Assembly: GCA_965198115.1 (NCBI GenBank)
Contig: OZ240241.1
Span: forward strand, 5,184,001 to 5,248,000
Length of the DNA: 64,000 bases
Reading direction: 5' to 3'
Origin: Candidatus Latescibacterota bacterium
Lineage (GTDB): Bacteria > Latescibacterota > UBA2968
In this document: positions 38,466 through 49,042 of the stretch, one piece after another
Position numbering within the stretch: position 1 is the first letter of the stretch
Layout of the letters: every line of letters begins with the position of its first letter
Made by a program: the position numbers and the translations under genes
Notes under the pieces: model-generated
Seen by the model: only the letters and a program-made list of their open reading frames with translations
The model's database searches: none
Told to the model about the DNA's origin: nothing

Positions 38466-39989
38466 ATGATCGCCATCGACTTCGTCACCAGCTTCAGTCC
38501 AAACCCGATCCCGGAACCGGACGCTTCTCTGGAAGAGCTCCTCGAGCAGCTCGACGCCCAGAAAGTCACGCTCGCGCTCGCCACTTCGCACCGCGGTTTG
38601 ATCAATCAGGTTAACAGTGAGGCGATCGCGGAAACTCTCGAAGTCGTGGCAAAACATCGGCGTCTGCTACCCGTGGGCACGCTCGACCCTCGACGTTACG
38701 TGGGCTGGCGCGACGACCTCCAGAGCTGCGTCGACGGTGGATGCGTCGCCATTCGCTTTTCCCCCGGCGCGCAGAACTGGTCGCCCGACGGCGCACTCTT
38801 CGCAGACATGATCGAGGCGATCGGTGTCCACGAGATCCCGGTCATCGTCGACTTCAAAGACACCCCTCCAGAGGCGTTTTCGTGGATCCAGCAAATCGCC
38901 GACGCGACGGATCGTCACAGTGTCCCCGTCGTCTTCAGCGAGCTCGCCTACAACTGGCTCGGCGAGCTCTTCACCGTCATGCGCCAGCACGACAACGTCT
39001 ACGCCGGAATCCGCAAACTATCCCTTGCCGGCACTTTGGAGGTCATCGTATCGGAGAACCTGGCCGACCGATTCGTCTTTGCGTCCAGCGCCCCGAAACA
39101 TTCGATCCGGGCACTGCGTTACGAGATTCAGATGGCCGAGATCCCGGACAAGGCCAAACGGATGATCCTGGCAGACAACGCGCTGCGCCTGCTCAAGCTC
39201 GACGCCGATCACCTACCTGCCTCACCGAGATCTATCGATCCGGAACCCGAACTACCCGAGAAACCCATCATCGACGTCCACGCCCACGTCTCTGGGTTTC
39301 CACTGCCCCAACCCGACGACGTTTTCGACCACAGCACAGTCCCGGAGATGACGAGGCGGTGCAACATCGAGATCACGATCGTCTCGTCCTACCACGCCAT
39401 CAACTACGACATGCGCGACGGCAATGCGCAGACCCAGCGCTTTCTCGAGCGACACGCCAACCTGCGTGGCTACGTCGTCGGAGACGCCCGCGACATCGAA
39501 GGCTCCGTTGAACAAATGAAGCGCTACTTTCAGGATCCGAAATTCGTTGGCGTGAAGCTTTACTGTCCATTCGCCGGTCCTATGGCTACCCTGAGGACGC
39601 AGAAATTGCTTGACGAGGTCGACCGTTTCGGACGCCCTGTAAAGATCCATATGGACAGCGCACCCTATGCGGGTGTGCGTCAGGCGGCCGAGCGAAATCC
39701 GAATCTCATCATCATCAAGGCCCACGGGGACGACGTGGACGGCGCACTTCAGGTAGAGGGTCTGCCCAACGTCTACTTCGAATTCGCCAGCAGTAATATC
39801 GGCCCGGGCAAAATTCGCCGATCGACGGACATCCTAGGACCGGAACGCATCCTCTTCGGTTCCGACCAGCAGATCCTGGCGCCCTGGTATCAGCTCGGTG
39901 CCTATCTCGATGCCATTGTGGACGAACAGGAGGCCGACTTGATCTTTCGCAAGAACCCCCGTCGCATCTTCAATCTGGGCATTGATTGA
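38466..39989 (+). CDS. Two-domain amidohydrolase-family protein
   Basis: Two TIM-barrel units; C-terminal IDVHAH...VKIH...AH...ILFGSD; N-terminal unit lacks HxH. Confidence 0.8.
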   Translation: MIAIDFVTSFSPNPIPEPDASLEELLEQLDAQKVTLALATSHRGLINQVNSEAIAETLEVVAKHRRLLPVGTLDPRRYVGWRDDLQSCVDGGCVAIRFSPGAQNWSPDGALFADMIEAIGVHEIPVIVDFKDTPPEAFSWIQQIADATDRHSVPVVFSELAYNWLGELFTVMRQHDNVYAGIRKLSLAGTLEVIVSENLADRFVFASSAPKHSIRALRYEIQMAEIPDKAKRMILADNALRLLKLDADHLPASPRSIDPEPELPEKPIIDVHAHVSGFPLPQPDDVFDHSTVPEMTRRCNIEITIVSSYHAINYDMRDGNAQTQRFLERHANLRGYVVGDARDIEGSVEQMKRYFQDPKFVGVKLYCPFAGPMATLRTQKLLDEVDRFGRPVKIHMDSAPYAGVRQAAERNPNLIIIKAHGDDVDGALQVEGLPNVYFEFASSNIGPGKIRRSTDILGPERILFGSDQQILAPWYQLGAYLDAIVDEQEADLIFRKNPRRIFNLGID

Positions 39990-39997
39990 GGTCTTCA

Positions 39998-41095
39998 GTG
40001 GAATCGAAAAGCCCGCTCAAGACGGCCATGATCGGCCTGCGTCACGGTCATATGGGAAAGTTCGGTGCCTCCAACGGCTACATCGCCACATTCGAACACC
40101 TGGAGGGCGTGGAAGTCGTCGCCTATTGCGAGGATACCGACACGGCCCTGCTGGAACCGGTGAGCGAATACCACCCGAAGGCAACAACCTACACGAGCGT
40201 CGACGACCTGATCAACGAGGAGGACTTCGACCTGGCGGTCGTCGTCCTCCCGTCTCGCGAGATTCCGATCGCCGGACTGAAACTCGCCGAAGCCGGCAAG
40301 CACCTGTACCTGGAGAAGCAGTTCGCCCGTCGTTCCGAGGACCTGGTGGAATTGACCCGGGCGGTGCGCAGGAACAACGTCAAGGCCATGCCGGGCTACC
40401 CGCACCGATTCAATCCGGGTAGTCATGAGCTCAAACGGCTCATCGACGGGGGTGTGTTCGGCCGGCCGCTGGACATCGAAGTTCGATTGGTAACCGGTCA
40501 GGTGCGGCCCGGCATACGCGATCCAAAGAGCTTCCTCTACACAAAGGACGATGAAGGCGGCGGCATCCTCCACATGCTGGGAGGGCATTACCTCGAAGTG
40601 ATGCGCTTTCTCATGGGATGTGAGATAAAATCTGTCCAAGCCATGACCGGCCGTCCTGTCGGTCACATCGAAGCGCCTCTGGAGGATATCGCCATCGTAG
40701 CGGCCGAATACGAAAACGGAGCCTACGGCAGCTTGCACGCCGGCTATCTTCAGGCCGTCAAGGGACCTTACGACAATACCCTTGTGTATCGAGGTTTGGA
40801 CGGTGAGGCCGACTGGACGCCCCTCGGCGGTCCCACGATGAAGATCAAGAGCAGAACAGAAGAATGGCTGGGCGCACCTGAACGCACGATCCACGCGGAC
40901 CTGCTACCGGGTCCGCCTGGCTACGCCAGCTCGGCGTGGATGTTCAACTGGCTACAGGATTTCGTCGATCGCATTCGGGAAAACCGGGAACCGGCCCTGA
41001 CCATCGAAGACGCACTGCGTGTGATGCAATCCATCGATGCTGCCTATGAGTCCGCCCGCACTGGAAGCAGAGTTGAAGTCGACTACGCATCGTGA
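39998..41095 (+). CDS. Gfo/Idh/MocA oxidoreductase
   Basis: IGLRHGH, GKHLYLEK, GGGIL.MLG.H, ED. Confidence 0.88.
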   Translation: MESKSPLKTAMIGLRHGHMGKFGASNGYIATFEHLEGVEVVAYCEDTDTALLEPVSEYHPKATTYTSVDDLINEEDFDLAVVVLPSREIPIAGLKLAEAGKHLYLEKQFARRSEDLVELTRAVRRNNVKAMPGYPHRFNPGSHELKRLIDGGVFGRPLDIEVRLVTGQVRPGIRDPKSFLYTKDDEGGGILHMLGGHYLEVMRFLMGCEIKSVQAMTGRPVGHIEAPLEDIAIVAAEYENGAYGSLHAGYLQAVKGPYDNTLVYRGLDGEADWTPLGGPTMKIKSRTEEWLGAPERTIHADLLPGPPGYASSAWMFNWLQDFVDRIRENREPALTIEDALRVMQSIDAAYESARTGSRVEVDYAS

Positions 41096-41115
41096 GCCAA
41101 CGGCGTGAGGAGAAA

Positions 41116-42405
41116 ATGACTGACCGACTGGCACTCCACGGCGGATCCCCCGTCCGCACAGAACCCTTCGAGGGCCCACGTCACGACTACGGTGATGCCG
41201 ACGTCCAAGCCGTCGCCGAAGTGATCCACTCAGAGTTCAAGACGACGAAACGCGAAGCCTTCGAGGAAGCGTTCGCCGCACGACACGACGTCAAATACGC
41301 CATCAGCGTCAACTCGGGCACCTCGGCCATGCACACGTGCATCGGCGCGATCAATCCTGACCCGGGAGACGAAATCATCGTCACACCGTGGACTTCGGGG
41401 GGCAGCCTCATCGGTGCGCTTCTGCACAACTGTGTCCCCGTCTTCGCGGACATCGACAACACCTATACACTCGACCCGGCCGATGTGGAAGCCAAGATCA
41501 CCTCACGCACCCGCGCCATTATCGCCGTCCACCTGTTCGGCAACCCCTGCGAGATGAATGCGCTGAGAGAGATCGCCGAGCGACACGAGCTCTACCTGAT
41601 CGAAGACTGTGCACAGGCCCATTTTGCCGAATTCCAGGGTCAACGGGTGGGCACGATCGGAGACATCGCCGGATTCAGCTTCGGTGGCAAGCACCTCGCC
41701 GCAGGCGGGGGTGGGATGGTCCTCACCAACAACGAACAGCTCTGGGGGCGCGGCATCCTCTTCAGAGATGCGGCACTTCCTCGAGACAAGGGTCCACTTG
41801 AAGGCCGTCCCTACGCGAACTATTTCCTCGCCCCCAACTATAAAATGAACGAGCTGACGGCTGCCGTGCTGCTCTCCCAGCTCGACAAGTTGGATGGGTA
41901 CGTCGAAAGGAAGATCCAGGCGGCTAACGACATCAACAAAGGCGTCAGCGAACTGGATGTCATCACGCCGCAGTTCGTCCGGCCAGGTGATCGCAACACC
42001 CATTGGGTGCTCGGCATGACCATCGACACAGAGCGGCTGGGGTGTTCGGCCTACGAGTTCGCCGACGCGGTCGCTGCGGAGGGCATCCCGTTTTCCGGGC
42101 CCTACATCGGGACGGGACGCCAGGGCCCCCTCTACCGCAATCCGTTCCTCGCCCAGCCTGACACCTATGGCGACAGCTCATTCCCCTTCGACTACGGTCG
42201 CGAAACACCCGTGTCCTATGAGGAAGTCCGATGCCCGTACGGAGAGGCGTTGATCGGGAGAGGCATCGGCCTTGGTATGCGACCCAGCTTTACTGAACGG
42301 GACATCGAAGACGTAATCAAGGCGCTGCGAAAGGTGGCCCAACATTATCTCTCGGCGTCAAAGGCGGGTAGTTCATCCCTCCTGACGAAGAGCGACCGAC
42401 CATGA
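41116..42405 (+). CDS. DegT/DnrJ/EryC1/StrS aminotransferase
   Basis: LALHGG, SGTSAMH, IEDCAQAH, FSFGGKHL..GGGG. Confidence 0.92.
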   Translation: MTDRLALHGGSPVRTEPFEGPRHDYGDADVQAVAEVIHSEFKTTKREAFEEAFAARHDVKYAISVNSGTSAMHTCIGAINPDPGDEIIVTPWTSGGSLIGALLHNCVPVFADIDNTYTLDPADVEAKITSRTRAIIAVHLFGNPCEMNALREIAERHELYLIEDCAQAHFAEFQGQRVGTIGDIAGFSFGGKHLAAGGGGMVLTNNEQLWGRGILFRDAALPRDKGPLEGRPYANYFLAPNYKMNELTAAVLLSQLDKLDGYVERKIQAANDINKGVSELDVITPQFVRPGDRNTHWVLGMTIDTERLGCSAYEFADAVAAEGIPFSGPYIGTGRQGPLYRNPFLAQPDTYGDSSFPFDYGRETPVSYEEVRCPYGEALIGRGIGLGMRPSFTERDIEDVIKALRKVAQHYLSASKAGSSSLLTKSDRP

Positions 42406-43337
42406 CTCCTCGGGAACGCTACTACTGGGACCTCACCGGGCACCTCGTCATCCCCGATGTGTTGACGACAGACGAAGTGGCAGCGGCGAACGAAGCGCTC
42501 GACTACGTCGTGGATCGGCTGGCGAACGGCACAGACGAGGAGTCCGATTTCCTCCGCGAAAGTGCCCAACCCCGCTGGCTCAACGGAAACCTCGTCTGGA
42601 CGGACCACACCGTGCCGTTTCTGCTCATGCTCAAGCGGCCCTACTGCGAGCCTTTCAGGAGGATGCTCTCCATCGCGCGGATCATACGTCGTCTACGTGT
42701 CATGTGTGGCGAGGGCTTTCGCCTCGATGGAGGTCCATTCTTCATCGGCGGCGTAATCGGAACGCCGACACACCTGCTCCACGGCGCAGGCGAACCCCAT
42801 AAGCCCTACGTAGCCTACAACGCGCAGAACGGCAGCAGCTACACCGGCGCAGTCACCGTATCCTACGTCTTCGCTGACGCCGGCCCTGACGACGGTGGCT
42901 TCGCGTGCGTACCCGGAAGCCACAAGTCGCGATACCCTATACCGCCGGGTCTGCGAACGACGGAAGACGACATGGGCTGTGTGGCGAAACCGTCAGTCAA
43001 GGCCGGAGACGCCCTGTTCTTCATGAACGGTGCGCAGACCCACGGCGCCCGGCCCTGGCGGGCTACACATTCACGCCGCACGGTCCTTTTCATGTACAGC
43101 GCACGGAGCGCTGCACGTCAGGGTGCATCGCGGTGGTCTCTCGTCCCCGAGAATTACTGGGATGACGCAATTGTATCCGGAATGACACCGGAGCAACGGG
43201 CAGTCATGTTCGGTCCCTCCTCTGCACCCCAAACTGACGGACCCTACCTCGACCTCGACGAGGATGGGCACGTCGTGGTCGACAACGACTATCGGCAGTC
43301 ATTGAAAACGCAGTCCGACACCTTCATCCAGGGGTGA
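42402..43337 (+). CDS. PhyH-family Fe/2OG oxygenase, HGA-type (C1)
   Basis: RYYWDLTGH, LHGAGE, GGFACVPGSHK, THGA.PW, RR; start overlaps the DegT stop. Confidence 0.88.
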   Translation: MTPRERYYWDLTGHLVIPDVLTTDEVAAANEALDYVVDRLANGTDEESDFLRESAQPRWLNGNLVWTDHTVPFLLMLKRPYCEPFRRMLSIARIIRRLRVMCGEGFRLDGGPFFIGGVIGTPTHLLHGAGEPHKPYVAYNAQNGSSYTGAVTVSYVFADAGPDDGGFACVPGSHKSRYPIPPGLRTTEDDMGCVAKPSVKAGDALFFMNGAQTHGARPWRATHSRRTVLFMYSARSAARQGASRWSLVPENYWDDAIVSGMTPEQRAVMFGPSSAPQTDGPYLDLDEDGHVVVDNDYRQSLKTQSDTFIQG

Positions 43338-43339
43338 CC

Positions 43340-44276
43340 ATGACCCGCCGTGAACGCTACTATTGGGACCTCGTCGGCCATCTCGTCGTCCCCGGTGTCC
43401 TGAACTCCGACGAAGTCGCCGCGGCAAACGAAGCCCTGGACCACGCCGATGATCGGATGGCGAACGGAAAGGACGCCTACGCCGCTTTCCTCCGCGAAAC
43501 TGCCAACGCGGCCTGGCTCGACGGCCATTTCGTCCGCACACGCCCCCAAGCGCCCTTCCTGCTGATGCTCGAGTCACCCCACTGCGAGCCATTTCGGAAA
43601 ATGCTCGTCCACCCGGAAATCGTGGGGCGTCTGCACGATATGTGCGGCGCGGGTTTCCGCCTGGACAGCGGTCCCGTGTTCATCGGAGGTGTTATAGGAA
43701 CGCCGATCCACATGCTGCACGGAGCGGGTGAGCCCCATAAACCCTACGTCTCGTATGATTCGCCGAACGGTACCTTCTTCGCGGGGGGTGTCACGGTCGC
43801 CTATCTCCTGGGCGATGCAGGACCCGACGATGGGGGCTTCGCGTGTGTCCCTGGGAGCCACAAGTCCCGCTTTCCCATCCCGCCAGGCGTGCGCACGATG
43901 GAAGACGATTTAGGATGCGTCGAAAAGCCCGCGGGTCAAAGCGGGAGACGCTCTGTTCTTCATGGATGGTGCGCAGACCCACGGCGCCCGACCCTGGAAG
44001 GCCTCACACCCGCGGCGGACGGTTCTCTTCAAGTATGCTTGCCGCACCGCTGCCCGCCGAGGATCCGCGATCGGGTACATCGAGCCCGAGCAGCAGTGGG
44101 ATGCCGAGATCCTCGAGGGCATGACGCCGGAACAGCGTGCCGTCATGTATGGTCCTTCCTCCTCGCCCCAATCCGACGGACCCTACCTCGAAGTCGGCGA
44201 AGACGGGGTTGTTCGGCCCGATCGTGATTGGCTTCCCTCGTTGAAGACGCACTCGGATACGTTTGTACAAGGGTAG
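43340..44276 (+). pseudogene. PhyH-family oxygenase, HGA-type (C2), frameshift near 43933
   Basis: Tandem paralogue of C1; extra G in CCC GCG G GTC AAA; C-terminus in ORF 43962-44276. Confidence 0.85.
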
Positions 44277-44378
44277 GCGGCTAGCAGCCGCAGTCGCCAG
44301 AGGTCGGATGTCAGGGAAGACAGGAAACGCTCTGTTCTTTTGCGATCCGGGATGGCGAAAGCAGATTGATCTTCCACT

Positions 44379-46389
44379 TTGAGTCTCGCTACTGACATCA
44401 CCTTCGCGCAGGACCAGACTGATCCCTCGCCGCGGGATCGAGTGCGTTCACCGGTGGTGCTTCTAGCCTTCGCAGCGCTGATTGGATCGTGCGTCCTCGC
44501 TACTTACCTCGAATTCTAAGACCCACTCGGCCCACCTGGCAATGTCCAACCTCCCGCTGGTGGTCCTGATTCCCTTCGTCGTCGGACTGGCGATCAACGT
44601 CTTTCTCAAGCGGTTCAGTCCATCCGTTTCCCTCACGAGTTCTGAGCTCCGCACGCTGCTTTCCGTCCTGTGGGTTGGCGGCTCTTTCGCAGGATACAAC
44701 TGGGCGACGCAATGGGTCGGCACGATGGTCGCGCCTCGCTACTACGCGTCACCTGAGAACCGCTGGGCCGAGCTCTTCTTCGATCACCAGCCGTGGTGGA
44801 TGTACCCGACCAATCTGCCCGGGGTCGAGGAACATTTTTATCTCGGAACCAACGATCCTGGCTTCCTGTGGCCTGCGTGGATCACGCCGATTTTCTGGGC
44901 GTGCACATCCGGGCTGGCGATGATGAGCATCGGGGTCGGCGTCACCGCTATCTTCCAACGTCACTGGGCGGATCACGAGCGGCTCACCTACCCGCTTGCC
45001 GAAGTACCGATTGCGTTGACCGCCGGATTCGACCGTGAGCGCGGCTGGCCACCCTTCCTGAAGAACCGAATCTTCTGGCTCGGGTTCTCGATCGCCGCAT
45101 TCCCCCTGATGTGGAATATCATCGAGTATTTCGTCACCGCGTTTCCACGCATCGCGATCTTCGATCCCTTCCACAGTCGGTTCGGGATGCGCGCCATCAT
45201 CATTTCACGCTATGTGCGCGAATTCTCGTATCGTCTGCTCCCTACGGTGATGGGGTTCACGTTCCTTTGCGATGTGAACATCCTGTTCAGCATCTGGTCG
45301 CTGTACCTGGTCGGCCTGGTGGCTCAATACGCGATGGGGCGGGTCGGCTTCTCCGTCGGCCTCGCGGGACAGGAGGCCAACCCCACCGAGATCACGGGTC
45401 TCTTCATTCACGGGGTCATGATCGGGCTGGTCGTCTGGTCGCTTTGGACGTCCCGTGGCCATCTCCGCCGCATCTGGCGTCAAGCACGCGGGGGCGAGCC
45501 CGGTCAGACGGTCTTCCTCACACCCAGGGGTGCGCTCCTGGCGATCGCAGCCGGGGGCACGTTCATGACGTTCTGGCTCTACGCTGCCGGTCTTGCGCTC
45601 TGGCTCGCCGCTGTCTGGATCGTGCTGTTCTGGGCAAGCATTTTCCTCGTCATGAAATTCTTGTCGGCGAGCGGGTTCGCCTACCTCTTCCCCAAATTCG
45701 GGACCACGGCCACGAGCCCGAACCCGATCGGGGTCACCGAAATCCCCACGATGTGGACTGGCACGATTGCCTTGAGCGACGCCTCGCTCGTCGGTTCGGG
45801 CGTTGCCAGATGGCGATTGCTTGCGGGCTGGCGACTGCCGCCCGCCCTTCCGCACGTCGAGCGAATGATCGGGCGGAAAAACACGGTGACGCGATTCATC
45901 GCAATGGCGACATTGACAGGTCTCCTCGCGGGAGCTGGCTACACGATTCACCTGTGCTATCAGGAAGGTGGCGCGACCTTCAACACCTGGTCGCTCCTGG
46001 GAGCGCCTCGGGGGATGTACAACGGGATCGCAACCGTCATCGCCGGACCACGCACCGTGCCGGACCCCGGGAAGATTGCTGTGTGGCTGGTCGGCATGGG
46101 TGCCGCGGGCGCGGCCACTCTGCTTCAGGCGCGTGTGACGTGGTGGCCGTGGCACCCGATCGGGTTGCTGATGATGTTCGACAGTCCCGTTCGGGTCAAC
46201 ACGGTCGGCATTTTCATCGTGTGGTTGGCGAAGGTGATGATCCTACGTCTGGGTGGTATTGGGCTGTACCGAAAAGCGAAGCCCTGCTGTTATGGCATGA
46301 TCGTCGGGTTCGTCTTCGCGGTCGCTTGTGCGTGTGTCGTGGACCTGATCTGGTTCCCCGACGGAGGCCACTACGTCCACGGGTATTGA
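44379..46389 (+). pseudogene. DUF6785/DUF6784-type polytopic membrane protein (putative transporter), copy 1, frameshift near 44517
   Basis: TTG start equivalent to copy 2; extra T in GAATTC-T-AAG; W.DHERL.YPL..VP and WWPWHPIG motifs; many TM segments. Confidence 0.7.
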
Positions 46390-46558
46390 GGACACTCACT
46401 GTCCACCTGGACGACGCCGAGATCGAGCAATGGCTCGTCGGCTCCCGCTTTTCCCCTTTGGACTTCCACCTTCACCGAAACTTCGATGGACGGGTATTCC
46501 CTTCTTCGCTCGAGGTGCTTCGACGAGTCATCTGCGACCATTTTGAGAATTCCCAATC

Positions 46559-48050
46559 TTGAGCCAGGTCACCGACATCGCCTTCCCTCAAACGCACATT
46601 GATCCGGCGCCGGAGGATCGGACGCGTTCGGCGGCCGTCATTCTGGCCTTCGTCGCGCTGGCCGTATCGTGCGTCCTCGCCACCTACCTCGAGTTCAAGA
46701 CCCATTCGGCCCACCTGGCGATGTCCAACCTGCCGCTGGTGGTCCTGATTCCCTTCGTCGTCGGACTGACGATCAACTTTCTGCTCAAGCGATTCATTCC
46801 AGCCTATTCACTCACGAGCGCCGAGTTGCGCATCCTTCTTTCTGTCCTGTGGGTGGGTGGGTCCTTCGCCGGCTACAACTGGGCGACCCAATGGGTCGGC
46901 ACGATGGCGGCGCCGCGATACTACGCATCACCCGAAAACCGGTGGATGGAGCTCATCTTCGACTATCTCCCCTGGTGGATGTATCCGACCAACCTCGAGG
47001 GTGTCGAAGAGCAGTTCTACCTGGGCACTCACCAGCAGGCTTTTCCCTGGACGGCCTGGATCGGCCCGACTTTCTGGGCGTGCGCGGCAGGCGTGGCGAT
47101 GACGAGCATTGCCATCGGGGTCACGGCCCTCTTCCAGCGTCACTGGGCGGACCACGAACGGCTCACCTATCCCCTCGCCGAAGTGCCGCTTGCCCTGACC
47201 GACGGATTCAACCAGCAGCGCGGCTGGCCCCCTTTCACGAGAGAACGCGTCTTCTGGATCGGGTTTGCCGTGGCAGCCTTTCCCGTCCTGTGGAACATGC
47301 GCGTGGATCGTTCTCTTTTGGATCAGTCTCTTCGTCGTCATGAAGTTTGTGGCTGCAAGCGGGTTCGGCTACATCTTTCCCAAATGGGGGGGCACAACAA
47401 TCCCCACGATCTGGACCGGAACGACCGGCCTGAACGAGTCATCGCTCGTCGCGACGGGCGTCGTCAATTGGCGGCTTCTCGCGGGTTGGAGACTGCCCCC
47501 CGCTCTCCCCCACGTCGAACGAATGATCGGGCAGAGAAACACAGTGACGCGTCTGATCGTTGTGGCGACATTGACGGGACTTGTCGCTGGCGCCTGCTAC
47601 ACGATCCAGCTTTGCTATCGTGAAGGTGGCGCGACGTTCAACACCTGGTCGCTCGTTGGCGCACCGCGAGGCATGTACAACGGCATCGCCAAGGTCGTCG
47701 CCGAAACCGAACGAACGATACCCGACCCTGGCAAGATCAGCGTATGGCTCCTCGGTATCGGGGCGTCTGGCATTATCACCGTGCTTCAAGCGCGTGTATC
47801 CTGGTGGCCGTGGCACCCGATCGGTTTGCTGATGATGTTCGACGGTTCCGTGCGAGTCCACACCATCGGCATCTTCATCGTCTGGCTCACCAAAGTGATG
47901 ATCCTGCGTCTCGGGGGCATCGGACTGTATCGCCGGGCCAAGCCCTGCTGTTACGGATTGATTGTCGGTTTCGTTTTCGCCATTGCGTGCGCCTGCACCG
48001 TCGATCTGATCTGGTTCCCCTCGAGCGGACACTACGTACACGGATATTAG
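46559..48050 (+). pseudogene. DUF6785/DUF6784-type membrane protein, copy 2, internal deletion near 47298
   Basis: Aligns to copy 1 but joins LWN directly to WIVLFW out of frame, lacking the equivalent of ~45120-45610. Confidence 0.75.
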
Positions 48051-48073
48051 CTTCAGCATTCTCGGAGGAACGG

Positions 48074-48867
48074 ATGGAAGGGCTCACCGATTCTGTTGTC
48101 ATCATTACCGGCGTGTGCGGCGGAATCGGGGAGGCCATGACCCGGAAGTTCGCACAGGCAAGTGCCTCGCTTGGCCTCTGCGACATCAACGAATCCGCCC
48201 TAGGCCGACTGGCTTCAGAGCTATCGCAGTCCGGGACGAAGACGCACCACGCCGCCATCGATGTCACCGATCAGGACGAGGTCCGGGCCTTCTGCGACAC
48301 GACGGCCGAGTCGCTTGGCGGGATCACGCATCTCATCAACACGGTAGGCGTCGCCGACAATGCCGGCGACGTCGTCGATCTGCCGCTCGAGGTTTGGGAT
48401 AGAACGCTGGCCGTCAACCTGACCTCCGCTTTCCTGATGGCGAAGTACGCGGTTCCGCACATGATTTCATCCGGCGGCGGATCGATCGTCAACATCGCCT
48501 CCGTCTCGGGGTTCGCCAATCAGGCGCGGGCGATGGCCTACTCGGTGACGAAAGCGGGCATGATCTCACTCACCAAGAGCCAGGCGATCGACCTCGCCTC
48601 GCGCGGAATCCGGGCGAACGCCATCTGTCCCGGTTCGGTCGAGACCAGCCTTGTGGACCAAGCCATCGTCCTACCGCTGAAGACACAGGACGCACGCCCG
48701 AGGAGACGCGCAAGGACTGGGAATCCCAGTATCCGACGGGCCGATTCTCGGAACCCGGAGAGGTGGCGGATCTAGCGATGTTCCTGTGCTCGTCCAAAGC
48801 GGCGAACATCACAGGCGCCAGTATGGTTGTCGACGGTGGGTTGATGGCTTTACTGCCGGAACGCTAA
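48074..48867 (+). pseudogene. SDR oxidoreductase, frameshift near 48672
   Basis: TGVCGGIG, YSVTK, NAICPG; the shifted frame gives PTGRF.EP.EVA...ITG....VDGG. Confidence 0.85.
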
Positions 48868-48931
48868 ATCTGGTCGGCGGTGGGCAGTGGGCGGTAAAAA
48901 CGGCTTCGCCCTTTCGTCGCACAGATATAGG

Positions 48932-49007
48932 GTAGGAGCAGCCGAGCCTGCACTGAGCGAAGTCGAAGTGGTTGCGATTAACGGTGGGAGCGGCCTCCCG
49001 GCCGCGA
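48932..49007. repeat. Cluster of REP-like elements (GTAG-type with a nested CTGAGCGAAGTCGAAG unit)
   Basis: GTAGGAGCAGCC[...CTGAGCGAAGTCGAAGT]GGTTGCGA followed by GTGGGAGCGGCCTCCCGGCCGCGA. Confidence 0.55.
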
Positions 49008-49042
49008 ACCTGTTGTGAATGCGTGAAACCGTGGAGCAGACG

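Noticed and set aside
43920-43945. Programmed frameshift in PhyH C2
   Set aside because: No slippery heptamer; paralogue C1 is continuous, so a simple 1-bp insertion explains it
18508-44276. Classical secondary-metabolite biosynthetic cluster
   Set aside because: Only tailoring-type enzymes; no PKS, NRPS, terpene synthase, RiPP precursor, sugar cyclase or glycosyltransferase recognised in the window
46390-46558. Spacer between the membrane-protein copies as a gene remnant
   Set aside because: Looks coding-like but I could not assign a family or a start
45111-46562. 483-aa alternative-frame ORF
   Set aside because: Arg-rich off-frame overlap of the membrane protein gene
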